Virus record (IMG/VR): IMGVR_UViG_3300017758_004567
Coordinates: 1-26,960 of that record
DNA length: 26,960 nt
Source: a virus
Lineage: Duplodnaviria; Caudoviricetes
Strand: one strand, 5' to 3'
Shown here: positions 10,151-18,479 of the stretch, one piece after another
Layout of the letters: every line of letters begins with the position of its first letter
Numbering within the stretch: position 1 is the first letter of the stretch
The notes under the pieces: generated by a model
Told to the model about the DNA's origin: nothing
The model's database searches: none
What the model saw: the letters and a program-made list of their open reading frames with translations, nothing else
Position numbers and translations under genes: made by a program

Positions 10151-11344
10151 ATGAAAAAAATATTTTCAATCCTATTATTATTAATAGGAACTCAAGTACA
10201 AGCCCAAGGTTTATTAGATTCATTCTATCAAGATTTTTTAAAATATGGAACTGTTTATGGTGCAGGTGAAATTAGAAATTCAGTTGTAGCATCATCTCCT
10301 TCTTATTTTGTTAGAACTAATCAAGATGGATCATTATATTCAATACCTGATGTAGTAGATAATACCCCATCATTTCCTTTTGATTACAGATATGGTTTTG
10401 GTATTAGAAAATTGGCAAGATTTGATTATGAAAGAAAACCAAAAAACTATTATGACGGCACTGAACAACAATTAGCATTTACAGCTCCTACATCAGCCGT
10501 TACAGGATTTGAATACCAATTCCATTTAGAAAAAGAAAGATGGCAAGGTAGAAAATTTAATAACCATAGATTTTTCTTAAAACATACAGGTAAACATCAT
10601 ATAGTAAAAGCTGAAAGTAGAGAAGTTGGTAGAATAAATTTAAAATACCAATCAGCAGAAGCTAGAGCAAGATTACCTATTGGTGATAAATTTTCTATAT
10701 CAGCAGGAGCAATATTTAGAACTCATGATAGACCTTATGGGTATAATCCTATTGAAATATGGTTAAATGAAACTAACGACTCAGGTTTTCCTACTAATTA
10801 TTGGTATGAGTTAGGATTTGAATATGGTTATGATGACATTTTTTATGAACAAACAAGTACTGATCCTAATACAGGAGAAGAAGTAATAACACAAGATTGG
10901 TGTTGGGTAGATTCTAATGGTGTAGAAGTTGCTCATTCTGATTTAGATTTTAGGGAAACAATATTTCCAAGTTTAATGAATCGATATAATAATGAAATAT
11001 GGAGTCAATTAGATAGATTTGGTGAAGTTGCTCCTATTATAGGATTTGATTTTTACCATTATAAAAATAATTTTTGGCTACATGCCTATGGTAATTATAT
11101 TTTACCTTATCACAAATATGTTATGGGTGATGAAGAAGTATCCTATTTAAATAGAAATAATTGGGGCAAAGGTGGATTAGTACAAGATTCAGATTTAGAA
11201 CAATGGAGTGATTATTCTTTTGGTGCTAGTTTTGGGTGGAAAGTAGGTAAAAATCTTGGGGTATTTGTTGAAGGTGAATATAGTAAAATGTGGGATAGTA
11301 AATTATATCAATCTACTTTTGGATTGAATTATACTTTTAGATAA
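10151..11344 (+). CDS. Secreted / putative outer-membrane beta-barrel protein
   Basis: Signal peptide MKKIFSILLLLIGTQVQA-Q, aromatic-rich alternating strands, C-terminal STFGLNYTFR resembling a beta-signal. Start adjusted to 10151. Confidence 0.65.
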   Translation: MKKIFSILLLLIGTQVQAQGLLDSFYQDFLKYGTVYGAGEIRNSVVASSPSYFVRTNQDGSLYSIPDVVDNTPSFPFDYRYGFGIRKLARFDYERKPKNYYDGTEQQLAFTAPTSAVTGFEYQFHLEKERWQGRKFNNHRFFLKHTGKHHIVKAESREVGRINLKYQSAEARARLPIGDKFSISAGAIFRTHDRPYGYNPIEIWLNETNDSGFPTNYWYELGFEYGYDDIFYEQTSTDPNTGEEVITQDWCWVDSNGVEVAHSDLDFRETIFPSLMNRYNNEIWSQLDRFGEVAPIIGFDFYHYKNNFWLHAYGNYILPYHKYVMGDEEVSYLNRNNWGKGGLVQDSDLEQWSDYSFGASFGWKVGKNLGVFVEGEYSKMWDSKLYQSTFGLNYTFR

Positions 11345-11347
11345 AAA

Positions 11348-11632
11348 ATGGCAAAACAAATAAACGAAGAAACAAAAGTAATTTTAGATTTAAAAACTAT
11401 TGGATTAGTTTTAGTAGGAGTAGCTACAGTTGTAGGTATGTGGTTTGCATTACAAGCTGATATACAAAAAGCAAAAGAACTCCCAGTACCTCCAATAGAT
11501 CGAATTGAATATGATTTAAAAGATGAATTAATTCGTCAAACCATTATGGATACACAAGATGATGTTGAGTCTATACTAGAAGAACTAGAAAAAATAGATC
11601 AACGTTTATATGAATTGCAAAAACAAAGATAG
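11348..11632 (+). CDS. Single-TM coiled-coil protein
   Basis: TM segment IGLVLVGVATVVGMWFAL followed by a heptad-rich C-terminus. Confidence 0.72.
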   Translation: MAKQINEETKVILDLKTIGLVLVGVATVVGMWFALQADIQKAKELPVPPIDRIEYDLKDELIRQTIMDTQDDVESILEELEKIDQRLYELQKQR

Positions 11633-11633
11633 T

Positions 11634-12053
11634 ATGAAAAATTTATTTTTAATATTTTTTCTTTTAATAACAATTCCTGCTTTTTGTCAACAATGGATTA
11701 GTGATAATGATTTTAAAGAAAAAGTAACAGGTTATGGGGCATTTGATGATCATTCTGACCATGATGTAATAGTAGTAGAATTTTGGGCAGAATTTAATAA
11801 AAATAATGCATTTAAAGATTGGAAAAAAATTGATAATTTAGATGGGGTTAAATATTATCATGTAGATATAGCAAAGTCTCCAAAACTAAAAAAAGAATTA
11901 AGGATTAGAATGGCACCCACCATTCTTCTTTATATTCGAGGGGATGCATATATAAAATTTACAGCCAAAGCAGGTTTAGATTTATTATGCCCTGTAGATT
12001 ACAATAAAATGTTAAGAGCCATTGAAGTAGTTAAACAGGAGTCATCTTACTAA
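11634..12053 (+). CDS. Exported thioredoxin-fold protein lacking CxxC
   Basis: Signal peptide, VVEFWAEFN at the usual FWAxWC position, YHVDI, IRMAPTILL (cis-Pro motif). Start adjusted to 11634. Confidence 0.7.
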   Translation: MKNLFLIFFLLITIPAFCQQWISDNDFKEKVTGYGAFDDHSDHDVIVVEFWAEFNKNNAFKDWKKIDNLDGVKYYHVDIAKSPKLKKELRIRMAPTILLYIRGDAYIKFTAKAGLDLLCPVDYNKMLRAIEVVKQESSY

Positions 12054-12076
12054 TATTTATAATTAAATATAATATA

Positions 12077-12976
12077 ATGGTATTAAAAGTAGGTTCAAAA
12101 GGGAAAGAAGTTAAAGAATTACAGCAATTTTTAAATATTGTAGCAGATGGTATATATGGCCCTGGAACAAAAGCAGCTGTTAAAAAGTGGCAAAAGGATA
12201 ATAAAATAGAGGATGATGGGATAGTAGGTCCTATAACTTGGGATTTAATGGAGTTATCAGAAGCAGATGAACCTTTTACTACTGATGATTTTGAAAGAAT
12301 TTTTGAAACTTTTAATGGTTTACATATCCATAAACACTATCTTCCTTGGAATGAATATAAACAAGGTCCTGTAAAACCTGAATATGTTTTCTTACATCAT
12401 ACAGCAGGATGGAATAATCCTTTTAGGACAATTGATCATTGGGGGAGAGACAATAGAGGAGCTGTTTGTACAGAGTTTGTATTAGGAGGTCAATCCGTAA
12501 AGGGTAATGATGATCAATATGATGGAACATTAGTTCAAGCATTCCCAGAAGGTAATTATGGATGGCATTTAGGAAGAAATGGAAATCAAAAAATGCATGT
12601 TAATTCTGTAGGGATTGAAGTAAATAATTTTGGGTATATAGTAGATGGTAAAACATATGCTGGTACTAGAGTTGTTGAAGACCAAATTGTAACATTAGAC
12701 AAACCTTTTAAAGGACATAAAACATGGCATAGATACTCAGATGCCCAAATTGAAGCCTTAAGATTATGGATATTATATATTGCAGATAGGGATAATATTG
12801 ATATTACTAAAGGATTAGTTGAAGAAGTAAAAGCTAAAGGAGCTGATGGGTTTTTATTTAACCCAGATGCGTATTATGGAAGAGTTAAAGGAATGTGGAC
12901 ACATACTAATACCAGAAAAGATAAATATGATATGTTCCCTCAACCTGAATTATTAGAAATGCTAGTAAATTTATAA
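12077..12976 (+). CDS. Endolysin: peptidoglycan-binding domain plus N-acetylmuramoyl-L-alanine amidase
   Basis: LKVGSKGKEVKELQ..DGIYGPGT..DGIVGPITW (PG-binding), FLHHTAG, SVGIEV, THTN..KYD (Amidase_2-type). Confidence 0.9.
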   Translation: MVLKVGSKGKEVKELQQFLNIVADGIYGPGTKAAVKKWQKDNKIEDDGIVGPITWDLMELSEADEPFTTDDFERIFETFNGLHIHKHYLPWNEYKQGPVKPEYVFLHHTAGWNNPFRTIDHWGRDNRGAVCTEFVLGGQSVKGNDDQYDGTLVQAFPEGNYGWHLGRNGNQKMHVNSVGIEVNNFGYIVDGKTYAGTRVVEDQIVTLDKPFKGHKTWHRYSDAQIEALRLWILYIADRDNIDITKGLVEEVKAKGADGFLFNPDAYYGRVKGMWTHTNTRKDKYDMFPQPELLEMLVNL

Positions 12977-12980
12977 CAGA

Positions 12981-13394
12981 ATGCAAACAAAATTATTAAT
13001 AGTGGGAGTAACATCATTTTGCACATATTTGTGTACATATTTCTTAAATTTATCAATGGATAACATGGAACAATATTTAGCTGTAGCAGCTGTATTGTGG
13101 TTAGATGGAATCTTTGGTATTTGGGCAGGAATAAAAAGAGAAGGCTTTAAAACATATAAAGCATTAAAAATAACAAAAAATACATTTGTTTGGTTAGCTA
13201 TTTTAACAGTTATATTAATGGTAGAAAAAGGATTTTCTGGAACAGGTTGGTTATCTGAAGTAATTATCGTACCGTTCATGGTATTACAATTAATAAGTGC
13301 CCTTAAAAATGCATCTATGGCGGGTTTAATTAAAATTGAAGAATTAAATAAAATATTAGATCGTATAGATAAGCATAAGGGTTTTAGAAAATAA
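12981..13394 (+). CDS. Putative holin
   Basis: Three to four TM segments, LDGIFGIWAG and QLISALKNA (cf. D..TG and E..SI.EN of Phage_holin_4-type holins). Directly after the endolysin. Confidence 0.7.
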   Translation: MQTKLLIVGVTSFCTYLCTYFLNLSMDNMEQYLAVAAVLWLDGIFGIWAGIKREGFKTYKALKITKNTFVWLAILTVILMVEKGFSGTGWLSEVIIVPFMVLQLISALKNASMAGLIKIEELNKILDRIDKHKGFRK

Positions 13395-13404
13395 AAATTA
13401 TGTT

Positions 13405-14505
13405 ATGTGGTCTAAAATTCAAAAAAGAATATTTCCTTTTATAATAGCATTATCAGCTTTATCAGTATCAGCATCAGCAGCGTTCTATTCTGTTAGTGGT
13501 TTAAGTAAATTATTTGCAGGTGCAGCTTTTGCAGTAATAGTAATGGCAGCTTCTTTAGAAATTGCTAAATTAGTTATAGCATCTTTACTATATCAATATA
13601 GAAAAACCCTTCCTAAATTATTAAAATATTATTTATCTTTATCTTGTGTTGTATTAATTTTAATTACTTCAATGGGTATTTATGGTTTTTTAAGTGCAGC
13701 TTATCAAGAAACTGCTGCAAAAGCTGGAACAATTGATGCCCAAATTGTATTAATAGAAACCAAACGGGACAATGTTAAAGAACAGTTAGTGGTATATAAC
13801 GAAGAAAAAACATCTATTAATGGGGCAGTGGCTGATTTACGTGCTGGTTTATCTAACAATACTATACAATATAAAGACAAAGAAACTGGTCAAATAATTA
13901 CAACAACCTCTAGAGCAACTCGTCAAGCATTAGAAAAACAATTAGATCAAGCTATTGAACGTCAAACCCAAATTAATGCTAAGGTAGATGAATTAAATAC
14001 TAAGTTATTTAATTATGAAACTGAAATAGTAGAAGTAAGAACAAGTGACGCTGTATCTAGTGAATTAGGCCCTTTAAAATATCTATCAGGATTAACGGGG
14101 ACCTCAATGGATAAAATTATTAATTGGTTATTATTAACCATTATTTTTGTATTTGATCCTCTAGCAATTGCTTTAGTAGTAGCAGCTAATTATGCCTTTG
14201 ACCAAATACGACCAAAAACCAAAAAAAACCTTTACGGGGAAAAAGTAGAAGTTAAGAAAGAAGATAAAAGTGCTAGTCTTGAAGTACAAGCAAAACATAC
14301 AGATTGGGAAGAAGAAACACCTACTCCAAAACCAGCTCTTCCTAAAGGATATGTTCAAAGAGATATAGCAAAAGAACAAGCAGCAATTGAAAAAATATTT
14401 AAAAGAAAATTAACACAGTGGGAAATTAGAGATTTACAAGAAAATAAAGATATTCAAATCTTTAATGATCCTAAAAATAATGATGATAATATAATAAAAT
14501 ACTAA
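13405..14505 (+). CDS. Multi-TM membrane protein with long coiled coil
   Basis: Three N-terminal TMs, about 130-aa coiled coil, fourth TM (IIFVFDPLAIALV), charged tail. Confidence 0.78.
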   Translation: MWSKIQKRIFPFIIALSALSVSASAAFYSVSGLSKLFAGAAFAVIVMAASLEIAKLVIASLLYQYRKTLPKLLKYYLSLSCVVLILITSMGIYGFLSAAYQETAAKAGTIDAQIVLIETKRDNVKEQLVVYNEEKTSINGAVADLRAGLSNNTIQYKDKETGQIITTTSRATRQALEKQLDQAIERQTQINAKVDELNTKLFNYETEIVEVRTSDAVSSELGPLKYLSGLTGTSMDKIINWLLLTIIFVFDPLAIALVVAANYAFDQIRPKTKKNLYGEKVEVKKEDKSASLEVQAKHTDWEEETPTPKPALPKGYVQRDIAKEQAAIEKIFKRKLTQWEIRDLQENKDIQIFNDPKNNDDNIIKY

Positions 14506-14510
14506 AAGTT

Positions 14511-14723
14511 ATGCTAAGTAAACAATCAATAAGAGGTAATGTAAAAATTCATATGAATAGAGAATTAATTACCGATAAAGAGGTTTTAATTAAAGAAAGT
14601 GAATCTTGGACAGATCACCAATTAGACTTTTTTAAAAAAATGCTTAAACAAGGAGGAAATTTTGCTATAGGCGGAAGAAAATTCTTTATTATCCCAAATG
14701 GGGATAATCGCTCTCTTATGTAA
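14511..14723 (+). CDS. Hypothetical protein
   Basis: 70-aa ORF with an AAAAGTTATG start context. Confidence 0.65.
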   Translation: MLSKQSIRGNVKIHMNRELITDKEVLIKESESWTDHQLDFFKKMLKQGGNFAIGGRKFFIIPNGDNRSLM

Positions 14724-14727
14724 AATA

Positions 14728-14757
14728 TTTGGTATTCCTAAATACCTTTCGTATATT
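14728..14757 (+). promoter_or_regulatory. Putative phage promoter (TTTGG-N15-TTCGTATATT)
   Basis: Motif copy immediately before ATG 14764. Confidence 0.75.
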
Positions 14758-14763
14758 CACATT

Positions 14764-15162
14764 ATGAATAAAGAGGAAATACAATTAATTATTAATGAAG
14801 TTTATCCCAGAATTGAAAAATATTATGGATATTCTAAGTATCATAATTGTACTCCCTATGTAGAACTCCATCATAATATTTATATTAGATTAACCGGAGA
14901 GGCTTATGACGAAGATATCTTATCAGAAACTGAATGTAATCCTGATGCTGAGTTTGATAGACAAGAAAATACAATAGTAATTTATTGGCCTAAAGCAATA
15001 AATAAAAAATGGATTATACAAGCTTTAATTCATGAATATCAACATTATCTCCAATCTCCTATATGGTTTAAAAGATATTATAAAATGGGTTATGAATATG
15101 ATACTCATCCTTATGAAATAGCAGCAACTAAAGAAGAAAGCAAGTGGAAGACATTCGCGTAA
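14764..15162 (+). CDS. Putative zinc metallopeptidase-like protein (HExxH)
   Basis: ALIHEYQHYLQ plus downstream HPYEIAA. Start adjusted to 14764. Confidence 0.65.
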   Translation: MNKEEIQLIINEVYPRIEKYYGYSKYHNCTPYVELHHNIYIRLTGEAYDEDILSETECNPDAEFDRQENTIVIYWPKAINKKWIIQALIHEYQHYLQSPIWFKRYYKMGYEYDTHPYEIAATKEESKWKTFA

Positions 15163-15165
15163 ATA

Positions 15166-15195
15166 TTTGGAAAAGCTAGAAAGGGTTCGTATATT
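15166..15195 (+). promoter_or_regulatory. Putative phage promoter (TTTGG-N15-TTCGTATATT)
   Basis: Motif copy upstream of the HNH gene. Confidence 0.75.
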
Positions 15196-15222
15196 TACAG
15201 GGTAAAAAGGGTGCAAGCCCAA
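15186..15222 (+). repeat. 37-bp direct repeat, copy 1
   Basis: TTCGTATATTTACAGGGTAAAAAGGGTGCAAGCCCAA, 34/37 identical to 15658..15694. Confidence 0.9.
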
Positions 15223-15237
15223 TAAAAAATAAAAGTT

Positions 15238-15615
15238 ATGTGTGGAGTTACGTGGTGCAATAAAGAAACAGAATTTTATAATAAGTCACAAAAATACAAA
15301 TATTGTTCAGATCATATTCAATATAAAAAGTATGCGGCAAATGCCCCTTCAAGACCTCACTTAATGTATAAGGTTGAGAAAATTTTAAAAGGTGAATTAC
15401 AATGTGAATGTTGTGGTTATAATGCCAAATCATATTTCCCAGATAGACCCACTAAACAACTAGCAGGGTTATTTGATGTAGATCATATTATATCAGATAT
15501 AAAACATACATTAGAAGGGGAACAACCAGAAAATTATCAACTGTTATGTAAACAATGTCATATTTTAAAATCATATGATAGTGGTGATTTTATTTCAAAA
15601 AATAATAGAAAATAA
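15238..15615 (+). CDS. HNH endonuclease
   Basis: CECCG..FDVDHI..ENYQLLCKQCH, with an extra N-terminal Cys/His cluster. Confidence 0.85.
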   Translation: MCGVTWCNKETEFYNKSQKYKYCSDHIQYKKYAANAPSRPHLMYKVEKILKGELQCECCGYNAKSYFPDRPTKQLAGLFDVDHIISDIKHTLEGEQPENYQLLCKQCHILKSYDSGDFISKNNRK

Positions 15616-15637
15616 ATTAAAGACTCCCGCGCAGACA

Positions 15638-15667
15638 TTTGGAGAAGCGAGGGAGTGTTCGTATATT
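15638..15667 (+). promoter_or_regulatory. Putative phage promoter (TTTGG-N15-TTCGTATATT)
   Basis: Motif copy downstream of the HNH gene. Confidence 0.75.
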
Positions 15668-15694
15668 TACGGGGTAAAACGGGTGCGAGCCCAA
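15658..15694 (+). repeat. 37-bp direct repeat, copy 2
   Basis: TTCGTATATTTACGGGGTAAAACGGGTGCGAGCCCAA. Confidence 0.9.
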
Positions 15695-15715
15695 GTATTA
15701 ATAAAAATAAAGGTT

Positions 15716-15898
15716 ATGTTAAAGAAAATTGATTTTAAGTATTTAGTAGGAGCAATAGGTGCTTTTGCAGTAGGTCTAGGAACAATGCATGGTGTTGTTC
15801 AAAATTACATTCATTTTGCGGGTATTGACAATGAGATGGGATTTTGTGTTATGTCATTTATGTTAGGTAGTTTTTGTTTAATGGGTATTAAAAAATAA
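15716..15898 (+). CDS. Small two-TM membrane protein
   Basis: ATG 15716 follows the promoter/leader. Two hydrophobic segments. Confidence 0.65.
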   Translation: MLKKIDFKYLVGAIGAFAVGLGTMHGVVQNYIHFAGIDNEMGFCVMSFMLGSFCLMGIKK

Positions 15899-15901
15899 AT
15901 T

Positions 15902-16165
15902 ATGGATATTAAAAAACAATTACAAAAAGGTAATGTAAAATTTACAGTTGAAGGTATTACTACTTACTGTAAAGGAGAAGATGGTGAATATGGAATGAAT
16001 CCAAAAATATTTACAGTTACTAAAGATGCTGGATCTATTTATGCTGAATATAGTGGTATGAATGTTACTAAATGGGGTCCTACCTGTGTTACATTGTATA
16101 CTTTTGATATTTTAGGTAGAAAATCAGTAGGTAAAATAAATTATAAACAAATAAAAATAAAATAA
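15902..16165 (+). CDS. Hypothetical protein
   Basis: 87-aa ORF tightly packed with its neighbours. Confidence 0.7.
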   Translation: MDIKKQLQKGNVKFTVEGITTYCKGEDGEYGMNPKIFTVTKDAGSIYAEYSGMNVTKWGPTCVTLYTFDILGRKSVGKINYKQIKIK

Positions 16166-16170
16166 AAGTT

Positions 16171-16563
16171 ATGGCAAAATTGAAAAAACAATGGTTAACA
16201 CCTAAATGGTTAGAAATTAAAGCAATGTATGAAGAAGGAACTAATGGGTCTAAAAAATACGGAACTAATTTCCCAGTTGATGGAGAATTAAATGAGTTAT
16301 CTGATAAATTTGTAGAACTTTTAGGTGAACTTACTCGAAGACTTGGGTGGGGTTGTGTAATTGAAGAAGTACATATGGATCTATGGAAGGAAAGAATTTG
16401 GTCAGTAATAGAAAATGCAGGTCTCCTTCCAGAAATTGCTTGGAGAGATGATCAAGCAAAAGATGAAGAAATTGCAGCTAAAAAATTAGAAGAAGATGAG
16501 GATAGTTATGATTTTAATGACTACGAGCCATCAGATGAAGAAATTTTAAACCAAAATTATTAA
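16171..16563 (+). CDS. Hypothetical protein with acidic C-terminus
   Basis: 130-aa ORF, AAAAGTTATG start, EEDEDSYDFNDYEPSDEE tail. Confidence 0.72.
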   Translation: MAKLKKQWLTPKWLEIKAMYEEGTNGSKKYGTNFPVDGELNELSDKFVELLGELTRRLGWGCVIEEVHMDLWKERIWSVIENAGLLPEIAWRDDQAKDEEIAAKKLEEDEDSYDFNDYEPSDEEILNQNY

Positions 16564-16564
16564 T

Positions 16565-16798
16565 ATGTCAGAAATAAAAACAATAGAAGATGGTTGGGAT
16601 TGTGTCCCAGAATTAAAAGAAGTGGTTGAAAAAATTGAAGAATTAGATCACTATAAATATGAGATTAAAAATTGTGTTAGAGAAGCAGAATTAGATCATA
16701 TGGTAGTTGAAATGAAAGAAATGATGGAAGAAGCAATTGAAATGCTTGATAATATTAATACAGATAGAGAATTTATAACAGTAGATGATGATGAATAA
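16565..16798 (+). CDS. Small highly acidic protein
   Basis: 77 aa, very Glu/Asp-rich, predicted helical. Confidence 0.7.
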   Translation: MSEIKTIEDGWDCVPELKEVVEKIEELDHYKYEIKNCVREAELDHMVVEMKEMMEEAIEMLDNINTDREFITVDDDE

Positions 16799-17024
16799 AG
16801 AAAAAAGATATGTAGTAAAGATGGATATGTATGTCTATGCTGAAAATGATTATATGGCTCGTAAAAGAGCTCATCAAATGAAGAAAAAAATTGATGAAAA
16901 GTATGGTGGTGGAGTTGGTATACTAGAATTAGGTGAACAACCCTTTGCTTCTTTTGATTACAGAAAATTAGAAGACCACTCAGAACCTATTAATAAAAAT
17001 AAAAAAGAAGAATTACCATTCTAA
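16785..17024 (+). CDS. Hypothetical protein ending in EELPF
   Basis: 79-aa ORF overlapping the previous stop. The true start may be 16788 or 16791. Confidence 0.68.
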   Translation: MMMNKEKRYVVKMDMYVYAENDYMARKRAHQMKKKIDEKYGGGVGILELGEQPFASFDYRKLEDHSEPINKNKKEELPF

Positions 17025-17170
17025 TGAAAAAGAAAAAAGGAGTAAAACTAGAAAAGGTACAATTAACCCAACAAGAAATTTGGGATAGTTTAAGAGTACC
17101 TCCTCCTTTTAAAAGTAAAAAAAATTACGTTAGAAAGAAAAAACACCCCAAAAAGGATTTGGAGGAGTGA
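17024..17170 (+). CDS. Small basic protein (48 aa), not in the ORF track
   Basis: Translated by hand: MKKKKGVKLEKVQLTQQEIWDSLRVPPPFKSKKNYVRKKKHPKKDLEE. TAATG coupling with the upstream gene. Confidence 0.65.
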   Translation: MKKKKGVKLEKVQLTQQEIWDSLRVPPPFKSKKNYVRKKKHPKKDLEE

Positions 17171-17187
17171 ATTATAGGTCGTATATT
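17158..17187 (+). promoter_or_regulatory. Putative phage promoter (TTTGG-N15-GTCGTATATT)
   Basis: Motif copy upstream of uvsE. Confidence 0.7.
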
Positions 17188-17206
17188 ACGGCAAAATAAA
17201 AGTTAT

Positions 17207-18103
17207 ATGAATCTAGGTTACGCGTGTATCAACACAGCACTCAGTGCAAATAAAATTATGACAAATCGAACAATGCGTCGAAAAACATTTGATGCTAAAG
17301 GTATTGATTATGTCTCTGATCTTGCATTACTTAATGTTAAAGATCTTAAAACAATTGTCCAGTGGAATAATGAGATGGGAATAAAATTATTCCGTCTTTC
17401 ATCCCAAATATTTGCTTGGTCAGATGAATACAAATTATCCGATTTAAAGGATTATGATGAAATTTGTAGTATGATGTTAGAAATAGGAAAGATTGCAACA
17501 GATGCAAATCAACGTCTTACTATGCATCCTGGTCCTTATAACTGTTTAGCATCTCCTAATCAAAAAGTTGTTGAAAAAACCATTCGTGAATTAAATTGCC
17601 ATAGTGAGCAGTTTAATATGCTTGGTTTTAAACCATCAAATTATAATAAAATTAATATTCATGTAGGGGGTGCTTATGGTGATAAAAAAGGAACATTAGA
17701 GCGTTTTTGTAAGAATTTTGAGTTGCTTAATGATGATACTAAAAAACGTCTCGTTATTGAAAATGATGACAGCCCAAACGAATACTCAGTAAAAGATTTA
17801 TTTGATGGTATTTACCAAACAATTGGGATTCCAATTACATTTGATTATTTTCATCATAAGTTTAACACTGGTGGTTTGACTGAAGAAGAAGCATTAAAAA
17901 TGGCTGCAATTACATGGCCTGAAGGAATTGCTCAATGTTGTCACTACTCAGAAAGTCGTAGAAAAGAAAAATTAGATGAGTCAATTCGTCCTCAAGCTCA
18001 CTCTGATATTATTTATGAAAAGATACAAACATATGGTCTTGAACCAGATATTGTAATTGAGGCAAAATTAAAAGAACAAGCAATTTTTAAAAGAGTAATA
18101 TAA
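17207..18103 (+). CDS. uvsE: UV damage endonuclease
   Basis: MNLGYACIN, LFRLSS, RLTMHPG, NIHVGG, LVIENDD, FDYFHH, HYSES, AHSD, IEAKLKE. Confidence 0.93.
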   Translation: MNLGYACINTALSANKIMTNRTMRRKTFDAKGIDYVSDLALLNVKDLKTIVQWNNEMGIKLFRLSSQIFAWSDEYKLSDLKDYDEICSMMLEIGKIATDANQRLTMHPGPYNCLASPNQKVVEKTIRELNCHSEQFNMLGFKPSNYNKINIHVGGAYGDKKGTLERFCKNFELLNDDTKKRLVIENDDSPNEYSVKDLFDGIYQTIGIPITFDYFHHKFNTGGLTEEEALKMAAITWPEGIAQCCHYSESRRKEKLDESIRPQAHSDIIYEKIQTYGLEPDIVIEAKLKEQAIFKRVI

Positions 18104-18300
18104 TGGCTAAATTAACAAGAACAGTAAATTACGCAAACTTCAGATGGGAAGAATATGTGTTAACAGAAGAAGAATTAGTAAAGTGGAAAACAGGTGATGA
18201 AGATATTCAACAAGATATTATAGATGATGCTGATTGGGATCTAGTAAGAGATAAACCAATTGATGATTATGGTGACGTAGAATTTGTAGAAGAAGACTAA
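18103..18300 (+). CDS. Small acidic hypothetical protein
   Basis: 65 aa, with TAATG coupling at both ends. Confidence 0.68.
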   Translation: MAKLTRTVNYANFRWEEYVLTEEELVKWKTGDEDIQQDIIDDADWDLVRDKPIDDYGDVEFVEED

Positions 18301-18479
18301 TGGTAGAATTTATTAGACACGCACTTGGACTTTGTGGTGAACATTGGCATCCTAATATTTGGACTTTTCTTTTAGGTGGACTTGGTCTACAACAATCCTT
18401 TTCGTATATTAAATACAAAATAATAACATATGGCAATAAAAATAAGTCACGAGACACCAATGTGTCTACTAGACGATAG
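18300..18479 (+). CDS. Small hypothetical protein (59 aa), not in the ORF track
   Basis: Translated by hand: MVEFIRHALGLCGEHWHPNIWTFLLGGLGLQQSFSYIKYK... TAATG coupled upstream and overlapping the next gene by 50 nt. Confidence 0.5.
   Translation: MVEFIRHALGLCGEHWHPNIWTFLLGGLGLQQSFSYIKYKIITYGNKNKSRDTNVSTRR
18381..18410 (+). promoter_or_regulatory. Putative phage promoter (CTTGG-N15-TTCGTATATT)
   Basis: Motif copy immediately upstream of the TGT-like gene, heading the deazaguanine cluster. Confidence 0.72.

Noticed and set aside
15186-15694. 37-bp repeats as a CRISPR array or IS ends
   Set aside because: Only two direct copies, separated by a whole gene and overlapping promoter motifs, with no cas or transposase gene.
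3721-15715. Extended N-termini given by the ORF track (3721, 10100, 11610, 14698, 15575)
   Set aside because: The extensions run through promoters or upstream genes. Downstream ATGs at 3769, 10151, 11634, 14764 and 15716 fit better.
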